The notes under the pieces were generated by a model. It ran no database searches and was not told the DNA's origin. It was given only the letters and a program-made list of their open reading frames with translations. Source: an uncultured Actinomycetota bacterium (GTDB lineage: Bacteria > Actinomycetota > Actinomycetes > Mycobacteriales > CADCTP01). Taken from it: a stretch of DNA of 64,000 nt. Location: assembly GCA_963803135.1 (NCBI GenBank), contig CAWDLH010000008.1:957732-1021731 (forward strand), written 5' to 3'. Within the stretch, counting starts at the first letter, position 1; every line of letters begins with the position of its first letter. This document shows, piece after piece, positions 49,488-59,466 of the stretch. The position numbers were made by a program, and so were the translations under genes.

Positions 49488-51680
49488 TCAGAACAGCTCC
49501 AGCGGGTCGAGCTGGATGCGGACCGGGTCGGGGGCCTTGCGGGCGGAGCGGACCGCGGCGGCCGCGTGCAGGGCGGCGGCGAGCGCGGCGCCGTCCGCGC
49601 GGGGGACGCGCAGCAGCAGCCGCTCGGTGTCCTTCCCGGCCGGCACCGGGCCGAGCGGCTCGGCCGAGGCCGGCAGCCGGGCCGCGGCGAGCAGGTCGGC
49701 GACGGCGGCTGGGGCACCGGTGAGCGACGCGAACCGGCGCGCGGGCGGGAACCCGAGCTCGGCCCGCTCGGCCAGCTCCCGGTCGGCGAAGCCGGCCGGG
49801 TCCCAGCGCACCAGCGCCTGCACGACCGCGAGCCCCGCGTCGGCCGCGGCCACCACCCGGCCGCCGGCGCCCGCCGGCCGGACCAGCGCGGCCGCGTTCG
49901 CCCACCGGCGCAGCGCCTCCTCGGCCGCGCGCAGGTCGGGCCGGCTCAGCAGGGCCCAACCGTCGAGCAGCAGCGCCGCGCCGTACCCGCCGGCCGCCCG
50001 CGGCTCGGCACCGGGAGTGGCCACGACCAGCGCCGGCTCGGCCGGCACCTCGACGAGCACCGCCGCGCCGCCGGAGGTCCGCACCGGCACGCCGGGGAAC
50101 GCCCGGCCCAGCTCCTCGGCGGTCCGGCCGGCGCCGACGACGACCGCGCGCAGCCGGTCGGACCCGCACACCGGGCAGGACCAGTACGCGGCCGGGCGGC
50201 CGCACCACCGGCAGGCCGGCACCGCGTGCCCCGAGGTCGAGCCGAGCGGGCCGGCGCAGTGCGGGCAGCGGGCCGGGGCGCGGCAGCGCGCGCAGGCCAG
50301 CGCCGGCACGTATCCGCGCCGCGGCACCTGGACCAGCACCGGCGCGCCGGCCGCCAGCGCCTCCCGGGCGGTCCGCCAGGCCAGCGTGGGCAGCCGCGCG
50401 GTCCGGGCGGCGGCGTCGCGGGCCAGCTCGGCGTCGTCGCCGGCCGCGACCACCCGCGGCGCCGCCGCCCGCACCGCCTCCCGGCCGCCCGCGATCGCGT
50501 GCGCCCAACCGGTCGCCAGCAGCTGCTGGGCCTCGGCCGTGCGCGCGTGCCCGCCGAGCAGCGCGGCGGTGGCCTCCAGGTGGGCGCGCAGCAGCAGCAG
50601 GTCGCGGGCGTGCGGGTACGGCGCGCGGGGCTCGGCGTGCAGGTCGTCGCCGTCGTCCCAGATCGCGACCAACCCGAGCCCGGCGACCGGGGCGAAAGCG
50701 GCCGCCCGGGTGCCGGCGACCACCCTGACCCCGCCCCGGCGGACCCGCAGCCAGCGCCGGTAACGCTCGGCCGGTCCGAGGTCGGCGGCCAGCGCGACGT
50801 GCCGGTCCGGCCCGAGCACGGCGGCCAGCGCGCCGTCCAGCCGGTCCAGGTCGGTGCGGTCCGGGACGACGAGCAGCGCGCCGCGGCCGGCGGACAGCGC
50901 CGCGGCGGCGGCCTCCGCGTACCGCCGCGGCCAGTCCTCGCCGGGCAGCGCCGACCACACCGCCCGCGGTGCCCGGCCCCCGGCCAGCGCCCGCACGAAC
51001 CCGCTGCCGGCCCGGTACGCCGCCCACCCGCCGGGGCCGGCGAGCTCCACCGGCCCGGCCGGCTCGGGCGGGGGCTCCTTCTCGACCCGGGCGTGCCGGG
51101 GCGGCAGCGCGAGGCGCAGCACGTCGGTCAGCGAGCCGGCCCACCGGTCGGCCACGGCCCGGGCCAGCGCCGCCACCGCCGGGGACAGCACCGGCTCGGC
51201 CGACACCGACCGCTCCACGTACGCCAGCCGGCCGCCGTGGTCGCTGGCCGCGGCCCGCTCCAGCACCACCGCGTCGACCAGCTGCCCGGCGAACCGCACC
51301 CGCACCCGCGAGCCGGGCACGACCGCGCCGGCCAGCGCGGCGGGCACCAGGTAGTCGAACGCCCGGTCCAGGTGCGCCAGCGGCACGTCGACCACGACCC
51401 GCGCGACCGGGTCGACCGCCGCCGGCTCCCGCACCTCCGGCCGCCGTCGCGCCCGCCCCGCCGCCGCGTTCCCCGCCGCCGCCGTCCCCGTCCCCGCCGT
51501 CGCGGGACCAGCCGTCGCGGGACCAGCCGTCGCGGGACCAGCCGTCGCGGGACCAGCCGTAGGCCCCGCAGGACCAGCCGTGGGCCCCGCGGGACCAGCC
51601 GTAGGCCCCGCAGGTCCCGCCGTGGGCCCCGCGGGTCCCGCCGTGGGTCCCGCGACGGGACCCGTTCCGGCCTTCGTCAC
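49488..51680 (-). CDS. priA: Primosomal protein N' (PriA)
   Basis: VARVVVDVPLAHLDRAFDYLVP...VRVRFAGQLVDAVV...Cys-rich Zn region CARCRAPARCPHCAGPL...CRWCG...CPVCGS. The N-terminal ~75 codons are tandem repeats, so the start is uncertain. Confidence 0.9.
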   Translation of the reverse strand: MTKAGTGPVAGPTAGPAGPTAGPAGPTAGPAGPTAGPAGPTAGPATAGPATAGPATAGPATAGTGTAAAGNAAAGRARRRPEVREPAAVDPVARVVVDVPLAHLDRAFDYLVPAALAGAVVPGSRVRVRFAGQLVDAVVLERAAASDHGGRLAYVERSVSAEPVLSPAVAALARAVADRWAGSLTDVLRLALPPRHARVEKEPPPEPAGPVELAGPGGWAAYRAGSGFVRALAGGRAPRAVWSALPGEDWPRRYAEAAAAALSAGRGALLVVPDRTDLDRLDGALAAVLGPDRHVALAADLGPAERYRRWLRVRRGGVRVVAGTRAAAFAPVAGLGLVAIWDDGDDLHAEPRAPYPHARDLLLLRAHLEATAALLGGHARTAEAQQLLATGWAHAIAGGREAVRAAAPRVVAAGDDAELARDAAARTARLPTLAWRTAREALAAGAPVLVQVPRRGYVPALACARCRAPARCPHCAGPLGSTSGHAVPACRWCGRPAAYWSCPVCGSDRLRAVVVGAGRTAEELGRAFPGVPVRTSGGAAVLVEVPAEPALVVATPGAEPRAAGGYGAALLLDGWALLSRPDLRAAEEALRRWANAAALVRPAGAGGRVVAAADAGLAVVQALVRWDPAGFADRELAERAELGFPPARRFASLTGAPAAVADLLAAARLPASAEPLGPVPAGKDTERLLLRVPRADGAALAAALHAAAAVRSARKAPDPVRIQLDPLELF
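51496..51656. repeat. 15-nt x4 and 21-nt x4 tandem repeats in the priA 5' region
   Basis: GCCGTCGCGGGACCA x4 (51496-51555), then GCCGT(A/G)GGCCCCGC(A/G)GG(A/T)CC(A/C) x4 (51556-51639) plus a partial copy. In frame (ATAGP / PTAGPAG). Confidence 0.9.
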
Positions 51681-51781
51681 AGGCCGTGGTGTACCAGACG
51701 CCGCCGACGCCCGCGCCCGGGAACGCGACGTCCCCGGCGCCGCGCTGGGCGGGCCGGGGACGTCGGCGGGGCCGGTGCGGC

Positions 51782-52975
51782 TCAGCCGATCGCGAGCGAC
51801 TTGAGCTCGTCGGCCTTGTCGGTGCGCTCCCAGCTGAAGTCGGGCAGCTCCCGACCGAAGTGCCCGTACGCCGAGGTCTGCGTGTAGATCGGCCGGAGCA
51901 GGTCGAGGTCGCGGATGATCGCCGCCGGCCGCAGGTCGAAGACCTGGATGACCGCCTCCTGGATCTTCGCGTCGGGGACGGCGCCGGTGCCGAAGGTCTC
52001 CACGAACAGCCCGACCGGCTCGGCCTTGCCGATCGCGTAGGCCACCTGGACCTCGCAGCGGGAGGCGAGGCCGGCGGCGACGACGTTTTTCGCCACCCAG
52101 CGCATCGCGTACGCGGCCGAGCGGTCGACCTTCGACGGGTCCTTGCCGGAGAACGCGCCGCCGCCGTGCCGCGCGTATCCCCCGTACGAGTCGACGATGA
52201 TCTTGCGGCCGGTCAGCCCGGCGTCGCCCATCGGGCCGCCGATCTCGAACCGGCCGGTCGGGTTGACCAGCAGCCGGTAGCCCGAGGTGTCGATGTCAAG
52301 GCCGGCCAGCTCGGGATCGACCACGTGCTCCTTGATGTCCGGCTCGAGCAGCGTCTTGAGGTCGATGTCCGCCGCGTGCTGCGAGGACACGACGACGGTG
52401 TCCAGCCGGACCGGCCTGCCGTCCTCGTACTCGATCGTGACCTGGGTCTTGCCGTCGGGCCGCAGGTAGGGCACGGTGCCGTCCTTGCGGACCTGGGTCA
52501 GCCGGCGGGCCAGCCGGTGGGCCAGCGCGATCGGCAGCGGCATGAGCTCCGGCGTCTCGTCGCAGGCGAAGCCGAACATCAGGCCCTGGTCGCCGGCGCC
52601 CTGCTTGGCGATCTCGTCGATGTCACCCTCTTCGCGCTGCTCGTGCGAGGCGTCGACGCCCTGGGCGATGTCCGGCGACTGCGAGCCGATCGACACACTC
52701 ACGCCGCAGGAGGCGCCGTCGAAGCCCTTCTTCGAGGAGTCGTAGCCGATCTCGAGGATCTTGTCCCGGACGATCGTCGGGATGTCCGCGTACGCATCGG
52801 TGGTGACCTCGCCGGCGACGTGCACCTGACCGGTGGTGATCATGGTCTCGACCGCGACGCGGCTGCGCCGGTCCTGCGACAGGAGCGCGTCCAGGATCGC
52901 GTCACTGATCGCGTCGGCGATCTTGTCGGGGTGGCCCTCCGTGACGGACTCGGAGGTGAACAGACGCCGGGACAA
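51782..52975 (-). CDS. metK: S-adenosylmethionine synthase
   Basis: [20 protein letters not shown]...[10 protein letters not shown]...[16 protein letters not shown] place the start at TTG 52975 (GGAG 5 nt upstream); GTG 52981 is an alternative. Confidence 0.97.
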   Translation of the reverse strand: MSRRLFTSESVTEGHPDKIADAISDAILDALLSQDRRSRVAVETMITTGQVHVAGEVTTDAYADIPTIVRDKILEIGYDSSKKGFDGASCGVSVSIGSQSPDIAQGVDASHEQREEGDIDEIAKQGAGDQGLMFGFACDETPELMPLPIALAHRLARRLTQVRKDGTVPYLRPDGKTQVTIEYEDGRPVRLDTVVVSSQHAADIDLKTLLEPDIKEHVVDPELAGLDIDTSGYRLLVNPTGRFEIGGPMGDAGLTGRKIIVDSYGGYARHGGGAFSGKDPSKVDRSAAYAMRWVAKNVVAAGLASRCEVQVAYAIGKAEPVGLFVETFGTGAVPDAKIQEAVIQVFDLRPAAIIRDLDLLRPIYTQTSAYGHFGRELPDFSWERTDKADELKSLAIG

Positions 52976-53111
52976 CGGCACTCCTCTGGCTATCGAGCAT
53001 TGCGGTTGACAGGATGTTGCGCGGCAGTCTACCGGCGGGTCCCGACGACCGGCCGCGCGGCGCCGGCCCGCGTGCGCGGGCGACGAGGGGAAGACCGATC
53101 TGGGAGGCCCG

Positions 53112-54515
53112 ATGCGCGTTCGCCTGGCTCTGCTCGCCGCCACCGTCGCGGTCGCGCTCGCGACCGCCGCGCCCGCGGGGCCCGCGGGCGCGACCCCCGG
53201 GGCCGCTCCCTCCCCCGGTGCCCCCGGCGCCGGCGACCCGTACTTCCCGCTGCAGGGCAACGGCGGCTACGACGTGCGCACGTACGGGCTGGACCTGCGC
53301 TACGACCCGGCCAGCCGCCGGCTCGACGGGACCGCGGCGATCCTCGCGACCGCGACCACGGCGCTGAGCCGGTTCGACCTGGACCTGCGCGGGTTCACGG
53401 TCGGCTCGGTCACCGTGAACGGGACCCGGGCCGCGTTCCACCGCGCCGGGCAGGAGCTCCAGATCACCCCGGTCCGGCCGCTGCGCAAGGGGTGGCCGTT
53501 CCTCGTGACGGTCAGGTACGGCGGCGTGCCGCAGGTGATCACCGACCCGGACGAGTCGATCGAGGGCTTCGTCCCGACGAACGACGGCGCGTTCGTGGTC
53601 GGCGAGCCGCAGGGCGCGCCGGGCTGGTTCCCGGCCAACGACACGCCGAACGACAAGGCCACGTTCACGGTCCGGATGTCCGTGCCGGCCGGGCTGACCG
53701 CGGTCGGCAACGGGCGGCTGGTGGCCCAGCGGACCGCCGGTGGCCGGTCCACGTTCGTCTGGCAGGAGACGAAGCCGATGGCGACGTACCTGGCCACGAT
53801 CACGCTGGGCCGGTTCCAGGTGCACCGCGCGAGGGCCGGCCGGATCCCGGTCTACGTCGCGCTCGACCCGCAGGAGGCGGCCGAGGCGAAGCCGGTGACC
53901 GACCGGATCCCGGAGATCATCGCCTGGGAGCAGTCGGTCTTCGGGCGGTACCCGTTCGAGACCGTGGGGGCGATCGTCGACCACGCGCCGGACGTCGGCT
54001 ATGCGCTGGAGAGCCAGACCAAGCCCAACTTCGACTCCGCCCCGGACATCTCGACGCTGGTGCACGAGCTGGCGCACCAGTGGTACGGCGACTCGGTCTC
54101 GCTGACCCGCTGGAAGGACATCTGGCTCAACGAGGGCTTCGCGACGTACGCGGAATGGCTGTGGTCGCAGCACACCGGCGGCCGCACGCCCCAGCAGATC
54201 TTCGACCGGCTCTACGCGACGCCGGCCTCGGACACCGACCTGTGGACGCCGCCGACCGGCGACCCCGGCGGCCCGGCGAACCTCTTCGGCACGCCCTCGT
54301 ACGACCGGGGCGCGATGACGCTGCAGGTGCTGCGCAACCGGATCGGCGACCGGGCGTTCTTCACCGTGCTGCGCAGCTGGGCGGCTCAGCACCGCTACGG
54401 CCACGGCACGACCGCGCAGTTCGTCGCGCTGTCCGAGCGGGTGTCGCACCAGCACCTGGCCGGCCTGTTCGACGCCTGGCTGTTCACCCCGGGCAAGCCC
54501 GGCTTCACCCGGTAG
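53112..54515 (+). CDS. Secreted M1-family zinc metallopeptidase
   Basis: Signal peptide [22 protein letters not shown]; [10 protein letters not shown]-x18-NEGFATY (HExxH-x18-E). Confidence 0.9.
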   Translation: MRVRLALLAATVAVALATAAPAGPAGATPGAAPSPGAPGAGDPYFPLQGNGGYDVRTYGLDLRYDPASRRLDGTAAILATATTALSRFDLDLRGFTVGSVTVNGTRAAFHRAGQELQITPVRPLRKGWPFLVTVRYGGVPQVITDPDESIEGFVPTNDGAFVVGEPQGAPGWFPANDTPNDKATFTVRMSVPAGLTAVGNGRLVAQRTAGGRSTFVWQETKPMATYLATITLGRFQVHRARAGRIPVYVALDPQEAAEAKPVTDRIPEIIAWEQSVFGRYPFETVGAIVDHAPDVGYALESQTKPNFDSAPDISTLVHELAHQWYGDSVSLTRWKDIWLNEGFATYAEWLWSQHTGGRTPQQIFDRLYATPASDTDLWTPPTGDPGGPANLFGTPSYDRGAMTLQVLRNRIGDRAFFTVLRSWAAQHRYGHGTTAQFVALSERVSHQHLAGLFDAWLFTPGKPGFTR

Positions 54516-54518
54516 CGG

Positions 54519-55739
54519 TCAGCCGAGCCGGTCGGCGACGAGGTCCCAGACGGTCGCGGCCAGGCTCGCCTTCGGGCCCGGCGGGATCTCGACGTCGGTC
54601 CCGTCGGCGGTGAGCACGACGCCGGAGTTGTCCTTCTGCTCGAACGCCAGCCCCCCGCCGACCGGGTTGACGACGAGCAGGTCGACCCGCTTGCGGGCGA
54701 GCTTGCGCCGGCCGTGCTCGAGCCAGCCGGCGGAGCCGTCGCCGGTCTCGGCCGCGAACCCGACGACGACCTGGCCGGGCGGCCGGGCCGCGACCAGGTC
54801 CGCGAGCACGTCCGCGGTCGGGGCCAGCGCGACCGGCGGCGGCGGCCCGGCATCCTTCTTGATCTTGGCCGACTCGGCCAGCGCCGGGCGGAAGTCGGCG
54901 ACCGCGGCCGCCATCACCACCGCGTCGACGTCCGCGGCCGCGGCCAGCGTGACGTCGTGCAGCTCGGCCGCCGAGCCGACCCGCAGCACGGTCGCCCCGG
55001 TCGGGTCGGGCAGCGCGACGTTGGCGGCGACGAGCGTGACCTCGGCGCCGCGGGCGGCGGCGACCAGGGCCAGCGCGTAGCCCTGCCGGCCGCTGGAGCG
55101 GTTGCCCAGGAACCGCACGGGGTCGAGCGCCTCGCGGGTGCCACCGGCGGTGACCAGCACCCGCCGGCCGGCCAGGTCCCGGGGCAGCGCGTCCGGGTCG
55201 GCCAGCAGCAGCCGGGACAGGTCGGCCAGGTCGGCCGGATCGGGCAGCCGGCCGCGGCCGGTGTCGGCGCCGGCGAGCCGGCCGACGGCCGGGTCCAGCA
55301 CGACCGTGCCGCGCTCGCGCAGGGTCGCCACGTTGGCCCGGGTGGCCGGGTGCTCCCACATCTCGGTGTGCATGGCCGGCGCCAGCAGCACCGGGCAGCG
55401 CGCGGTGAGCAGGGTGTTGGTGAGCAGGTCGTCGGCCAGCCCCTGCGCGGCCCGGGCGAGCAGGTCGGCGGTGGCCGGCGCGACCACGACGAGGTCGGCC
55501 TCCCGGCCCAGCCGGACGTGCGGGACCTCGTGCGCGTCGGCCCAGACGCCGGTGTGCACCGGCTGCCCGGACAGCGCGGCCCAGGTCGCCTCGCCGACGA
55601 ACCGCAACGCGCCGGCGGTCGGCACCACCCGCACGTCGTGGCCGGTCTCGGTCAGCTGCCGCAGCAGCTCGCACGCCTTGTACGCGGCGATCCCGCCGGT
55701 GACACCGAGCACCACCCGCGGCCGCTCCGTCCCGCTCAC
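54519..55739 (-). CDS. coaBC: Bifunctional phosphopantothenoylcysteine decarboxylase / phosphopantothenate-cysteine ligase
   Basis: RVVLGVTGGIAAYKACELLR...APAMHTEMW...VTAGGTREALDPVRFLGNRSSG.QG. Confidence 0.96.
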   Translation of the reverse strand: MSGTERPRVVLGVTGGIAAYKACELLRQLTETGHDVRVVPTAGALRFVGEATWAALSGQPVHTGVWADAHEVPHVRLGREADLVVVAPATADLLARAAQGLADDLLTNTLLTARCPVLLAPAMHTEMWEHPATRANVATLRERGTVVLDPAVGRLAGADTGRGRLPDPADLADLSRLLLADPDALPRDLAGRRVLVTAGGTREALDPVRFLGNRSSGRQGYALALVAAARGAEVTLVAANVALPDPTGATVLRVGSAAELHDVTLAAAADVDAVVMAAAVADFRPALAESAKIKKDAGPPPPVALAPTADVLADLVAARPPGQVVVGFAAETGDGSAGWLEHGRRKLARKRVDLLVVNPVGGGLAFEQKDNSGVVLTADGTDVEIPPGPKASLAATVWDLVADRLG

Positions 55740-55748
55740 GCGATCAGC

Positions 55749-57101
55749 CTAGGACGTCCCGCGGCGCCGGCCGGGGACGCCGGCCCTGCGGAGGATGTCA
55801 CCGACGTGCGAGGTGACCCCGACGCCGCCGGTCACCTCGACCCCGGCCCCGGCCGCCCTGGCCTCGGCCACGAGCTCGCGCAGCCGGTCCAGCCCGTCGC
55901 GGCGGTCGTACCCGAGCCACCGGTCGGCCGTGCCGGGGCTGAACACCTCGTCGGAGACCCGCAGCGCCACCCGGTGCAGCTGCAGGATCCAGGCCCGGGA
56001 CCCGTCGTGCGCCCACTCGATCCGGACCGGCCCGAGCGCGGCGGACGCGGCCGTCACCAGTCCGCGTACGTCGTCGGCGACCGACGCCGGCAGCGCCTCG
56101 GGCGCCCGGTCGCCGAGCATGAACGCGTCGCCGGTCCCCCGCACGCCCTCCACCAGGACCGACCCGTCGGCACGCAGCGCGGTCGCGCCGGCCCAGTCGG
56201 CGGCGACGCCGTCCTGGTCGAGGACGGACGCGATCCGGGTCGCGGTCGGGTCCTCCTCGGCCAGCAGCGCGTACGGGTCGAGCCAGCCCCTGGCGCTGGT
56301 GAACAGGCCCGGCTGCGGCTCCGCCGGGCAGGTCCGGACCCACCGGTCGACCGCCCCCGGCGCGGTCGGCCGGCCGTAGCCGAACGGGGCCACGGTCCGG
56401 GCCAGCACGGTCGTCCGCGGCACCGGCAGGCCGAGCAGGTGGGCCAGCAGCAGCCCGTACGCCTTGTCGCCGACGTGCCGGCTGAACGCGTTGGGCCAGG
56501 TCGGCGTCGCGGTCAGGGTCACCGGCTCGACGTCAGTGACCTCCCAGATCAGCGTCGCGGTGCGGCGGTAGCCGACCGGGCCGGGGTGGACGGAGAACTC
56601 GATCCGCCGCCCCGGGTCGGGCACCAGGTCCACCGGCCCGTAGACGGTCCGCAGCAGCTCGATCGCGAGCCCGGCCGGCAGTGCGGCCGTGTCGGCCCGC
56701 TCCACCGCGCGCGGCGTGGCCCCGGGCGCGAACTCGGCCACGCCGCCGAGCAGGACCCCGGAGACGCCGCCGTCGGCGACGTCGACGGTCTCGTTGACGA
56801 TCGTGTAGAAGCCGGCCGCGGCGAGCTCGCGCACCGCCCGGACGACCTCCTCGACCGACGACAGCCCGTACAGGAACGGGGTGCCCTTGCTCTCGCCGTC
56901 CCGGAACGTGCGCACGTTGAGCAACCGCGCCCGCCCGTGCAGGGCGGTCACCGCGGAGACGAGGTCGCGGGCGGCCGGGTCGCCGCCGTCGGCGAGCACG
57001 GCGTGGCGGAGCGGCGCGTCCCCCGGCCCGAAGCTGGCGAACCGGGCCACGTTCGCCGTGCCGGCGACCGCGGCCAGCCGCTCGTCCTTAAGCCGCTGCA
57101 C
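55749..57101 (-). CDS. Compact PEP-utilising-enzyme-like protein: unknown N-domain + PPDK_N-type ATP-grasp + phosphohistidine swivel motif
   Basis: VGDKAYGLLLAHLLGLPVP (cf. GGKxxNLxxLxxxGxPVP), VLVEGVRGTGDAFMLGDRAPE, VRIEWAHDGSRAWILQLHRV (cf. DIEWA..G.LYILQ.RP), C-terminal TGGVGVTSHVGDILRRAGVPG (cf. GG.TSHAAI.ARE.GIP). The GTG start at 57101 lacks an obvious SD. Confidence 0.6.
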   Translation of the reverse strand: MQRLKDERLAAVAGTANVARFASFGPGDAPLRHAVLADGGDPAARDLVSAVTALHGRARLLNVRTFRDGESKGTPFLYGLSSVEEVVRAVRELAAAGFYTIVNETVDVADGGVSGVLLGGVAEFAPGATPRAVERADTAALPAGLAIELLRTVYGPVDLVPDPGRRIEFSVHPGPVGYRRTATLIWEVTDVEPVTLTATPTWPNAFSRHVGDKAYGLLLAHLLGLPVPRTTVLARTVAPFGYGRPTAPGAVDRWVRTCPAEPQPGLFTSARGWLDPYALLAEEDPTATRIASVLDQDGVAADWAGATALRADGSVLVEGVRGTGDAFMLGDRAPEALPASVADDVRGLVTAASAALGPVRIEWAHDGSRAWILQLHRVALRVSDEVFSPGTADRWLGYDRRDGLDRLRELVAEARAAGAGVEVTGGVGVTSHVGDILRRAGVPGRRRGTS

Positions 57102-57148
57102 GCCGACCGGGCCCGATCAAGGGCGACCAGCACGGATCAGTCATGTCC

Positions 57149-57220
57149 CTCCCGCCCACCGGCGGGAGACTAGCGAACGCGAACCGGCCGGTGCGGGGAC
57201 TCGCGTCCCGCACCGGCCGG
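57149..57220 (-). terminator. Two consecutive GC-rich hairpins after rpoZ
   Basis: 57184-57220: CCGGCCGGTGCGGG(G)AC-TCGC-GTCCCGCACCGGCCGG (16 bp, one bulge), followed on the minus strand by TTCGCGTTCGCT. 57149-57168: CTCCCGCC-CACC-GGCGGGAG (8 bp perfect). Confidence 0.6.
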
Positions 57221-57235
57221 TCGGAGCCTGGTGGG

Positions 57236-57499
57236 CTAGTCGCCCGCGGACTCGTGCGTCAGCAGGCCCGCGTTGATCTCGCGCAGCGCGATCGACAGCG
57301 GCTTCTCCTGCGGCTGGGTGTCGACCAGTGGGCCGACGTACTCCAGCAGGCCCTCGCCGAGCTGGGAGTAGTACGCGTTGATCTGCCGCGCGCGCTTGGC
57401 CGCGTAGATCACGAGCGCGTACTTCGAGCTGGTGCGCTCGAGCAGCTCGTCGATGGGCGGGTTGGTGATGCCCTCGGGGACCGCGACTGTGCCGGCCAA
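57236..57499 (-). CDS. rpoZ: DNA-directed RNA polymerase subunit omega
   Basis: ...[35 protein letters not shown]... Confidence 0.96.
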   Translation of the reverse strand: MAGTVAVPEGITNPPIDELLERTSSKYALVIYAAKRARQINAYYSQLGEGLLEYVGPLVDTQPQEKPLSIALREINAGLLTHESAGD

Positions 57500-57506
57500 A
57501 GATGCC

Positions 57507-58148
57507 CTACTTCCTGGACCTGGAGACGGGATGCGCCATCAAGGATACCAACTCGTCGGCCGCCCGCTCGACCGAGTCGTTGATCAAGGTCAGGTCGAAC
57601 TCGGCCTCGGCCGCCATCTCGATCCGGGCCTGGTCCAGCCGCTGCCGGATGACCTCCTCCGGCTCGGTGCCGCGGCCGACCAGGCGGCGCTCCAGCTCCT
57701 CGAACGACGGCGGAGCCAGGAAGACGAACTGGGCGTCCGGCATGAGCTTGCGCACCTGCCGCATGCCCTGCAGCTCGATCTCCAGCAGCGCGGAGCCGCC
57801 GTCCCGCAGCTGGTCGACGATCGGCCGCCGGGGCGTCCCGTACAGGTTGCCCGCGTACTCGGCCCACTCCAGGAACTCGCCGGTGGCCGCGAGCCCGGCG
57901 AACCGGTCCCGGTCGACGAAGTGGTATTGCACGCCGTCGACCTCGTCCGGGCGCGGTGGCCTGGTCGTCATCGAGACGGAGATCCACACGTCCGGGTGCC
58001 GCTGCCGCACGGCTTCGGCGACCGTGCCCTTGCCGACCCCGGACGGGCCGGACAGCACGGTCAAGCGCGCCTCGGCCGCGTCCGAGCGTTCGGAACGGGC
58101 CGGCACGGAGTCGAGTATGGCCTCAGGACTCGGTGGCACCGAACTCAC
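57507..58148 (-). CDS. gmk: Guanylate kinase
   Basis: [15 protein letters not shown]...[18 protein letters not shown]...[12 protein letters not shown]. The start may be an internal GTG (~58106), because 58148 overlaps the mihF 3' end. Confidence 0.93.
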   Translation of the reverse strand: MSSVPPSPEAILDSVPARSERSDAAEARLTVLSGPSGVGKGTVAEAVRQRHPDVWISVSMTTRPPRPDEVDGVQYHFVDRDRFAGLAATGEFLEWAEYAGNLYGTPRRPIVDQLRDGGSALLEIELQGMRQVRKLMPDAQFVFLAPPSFEELERRLVGRGTEPEEVIRQRLDQARIEMAAEAEFDLTLINDSVERAADELVSLMAHPVSRSRK

Positions 58149-58446
58149 GCTCGAGCGCCATGCGCTGCTTCGCCCCGAGACCGCGCACCCGGCGGGTCGG
58201 CGAGATCTCCAGCCGCTCCATGATCTTCGCGGCCCGGGCCTTGCCGACGCCCGGCATGGACTCCAGCACGGCGGACACGCGCATCTTGCCGATCACGTCG
58301 TCGGTGTCGCCCTGGTTGAGGACCTCGGCGATGGAGACCCCGTTCTTCTTGAGGCGCTCCTTCACTTCCGCCCGGGCCTTGCGGGCCGCGGCGGCTTTCT
58401 CCAGCGCGGCAGCACGCTGCTCCGGGGTGAGGGGCGGCAGGGGCAC
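58123..58446 (-). CDS. mihF: Integration host factor, actinobacterial type (MihF/sIHF)
   Basis: [32 protein letters not shown]...[32 protein letters not shown] upstream of the GTG. Confidence 0.93.
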   Translation of the reverse strand: MPLPPLTPEQRAAALEKAAAARKARAEVKERLKKNGVSIAEVLNQGDTDDVIGKMRVSAVLESMPGVGKARAAKIMERLEISPTRRVRGLGAKQRMALEREFGATES

Positions 58447-58537
58447 CTGAGTTCTCCTCGAAACACGGGGTGGACGATTGGCGGCAACTTAGCGAGCAGG
58501 GGGCCTCACGGGCAACGTGCCTGGCCCAGATGAGCGA

Positions 58538-59466
58538 CTATCTGCCCGTTCGGGCCATGGACGATGTCCGAATCGCCATCACTTCGCCCCCGATCCGGTC
58601 AATAGCGGCCCGCAGCCGGGCCGGGTCCGGGCCGGCGCCGAGCACGTCCCGGGACACCGCGGGCAGCACCCAGGGCAGCGCCGGGCCGAACACGCGCGGC
58701 AGGTCGGCCGGCCCCGCGCCCTGGGTGCCGAGGCCCGGGGCGAGCACCGGCCCGTGCAGGTGGTCGAGCCGGTGCCCGTGGCCGGCCACGGTCGCCCCGA
58801 CCACCACGCCGACCGACCCGAGCTCCCGGCCCGCCGCGGCCGGCCGGAGCCCGCCAGCTCGGAGCCCGCCAGCTCGGAGCCCGCCAGCTCGGAGCCCGCC
58901 AGCTCGGCCGCGTTGGCGGCCGCGGCCTCGTCCAGGACCGTCTGGGCCACGGTCCGCCCGTCGGCGGCGACCGCCCGCTGCACCGCGGCGCCCTCCGGGT
59001 TGGAGGTCAGCGCGAGCACGAACACTCCCCGGCCGTGCTCGTACGCGGCGTCGAGCAGCGGCCGCAGCGACCCGAAGCCGAGGTACGGGCTGGCGGTCAC
59101 CGCGTCGGCGGCCACCGGCGAGGCCGGGTCGAGGTACCCGCCGGCGTACCCGACCATGGTCGAGCCGATGTCGCCGCGCTTGACGTCGAGCAGGCTCAGC
59201 GCGCCGGCCGCCCGGACCGCGGCCAGCACCCGCTCCAGCACCGCGATCCCCCGGCTGCCGAACCGCTCGAAGAACGCCGACTGCGGCTTCACCACGGCGA
59301 CCCGGTCGGCGACCGCCTCGACCGCGGTCAGCGCGAACCGCTCCAGCCCGGTCACGTCCGCCGGCAGCCCCCAGTCGCGCAGCAGCGGCAGGTGCGGGTC
59401 GATGCCCACCACCAGCGGCCCGCGCGCGTCCACGGCGGCCGCGAGCCGGTCGCCGAAGGCCGTCAC
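58538..59466 (-). pseudogene. pyrF: Orotidine-5'-phosphate decarboxylase (type 2) with apparent frameshift at a tandem repeat (real or assembly indel)
   Basis: The N-terminal two-thirds are in the frame of 59466 (...[13 protein letters not shown]...[12 protein letters not shown]...). The conserved C-terminal third ([13 protein letters not shown]...[18 protein letters not shown]...) is in another frame (track ORF 58538..58807). Confidence 0.88.
58846..58905. repeat. 15-nt tandem repeat x4 inside pyrF (encodes ELAGS)
   Basis: GGAGCCCGCCAGCTC x4, perfect copies. Confidence 0.95.

Noticed and set aside
52976-53111. SAM riboswitch or defined promoters in the metK / M1-peptidase divergent region.
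   Set aside because: The region is only 136 nt. I saw a TTGACA (53006-53011, plus strand) and a TAGACT (minus strand) but no convincing partner hexamers or SAM-I/SAM-IV core. Too weak to annotate.
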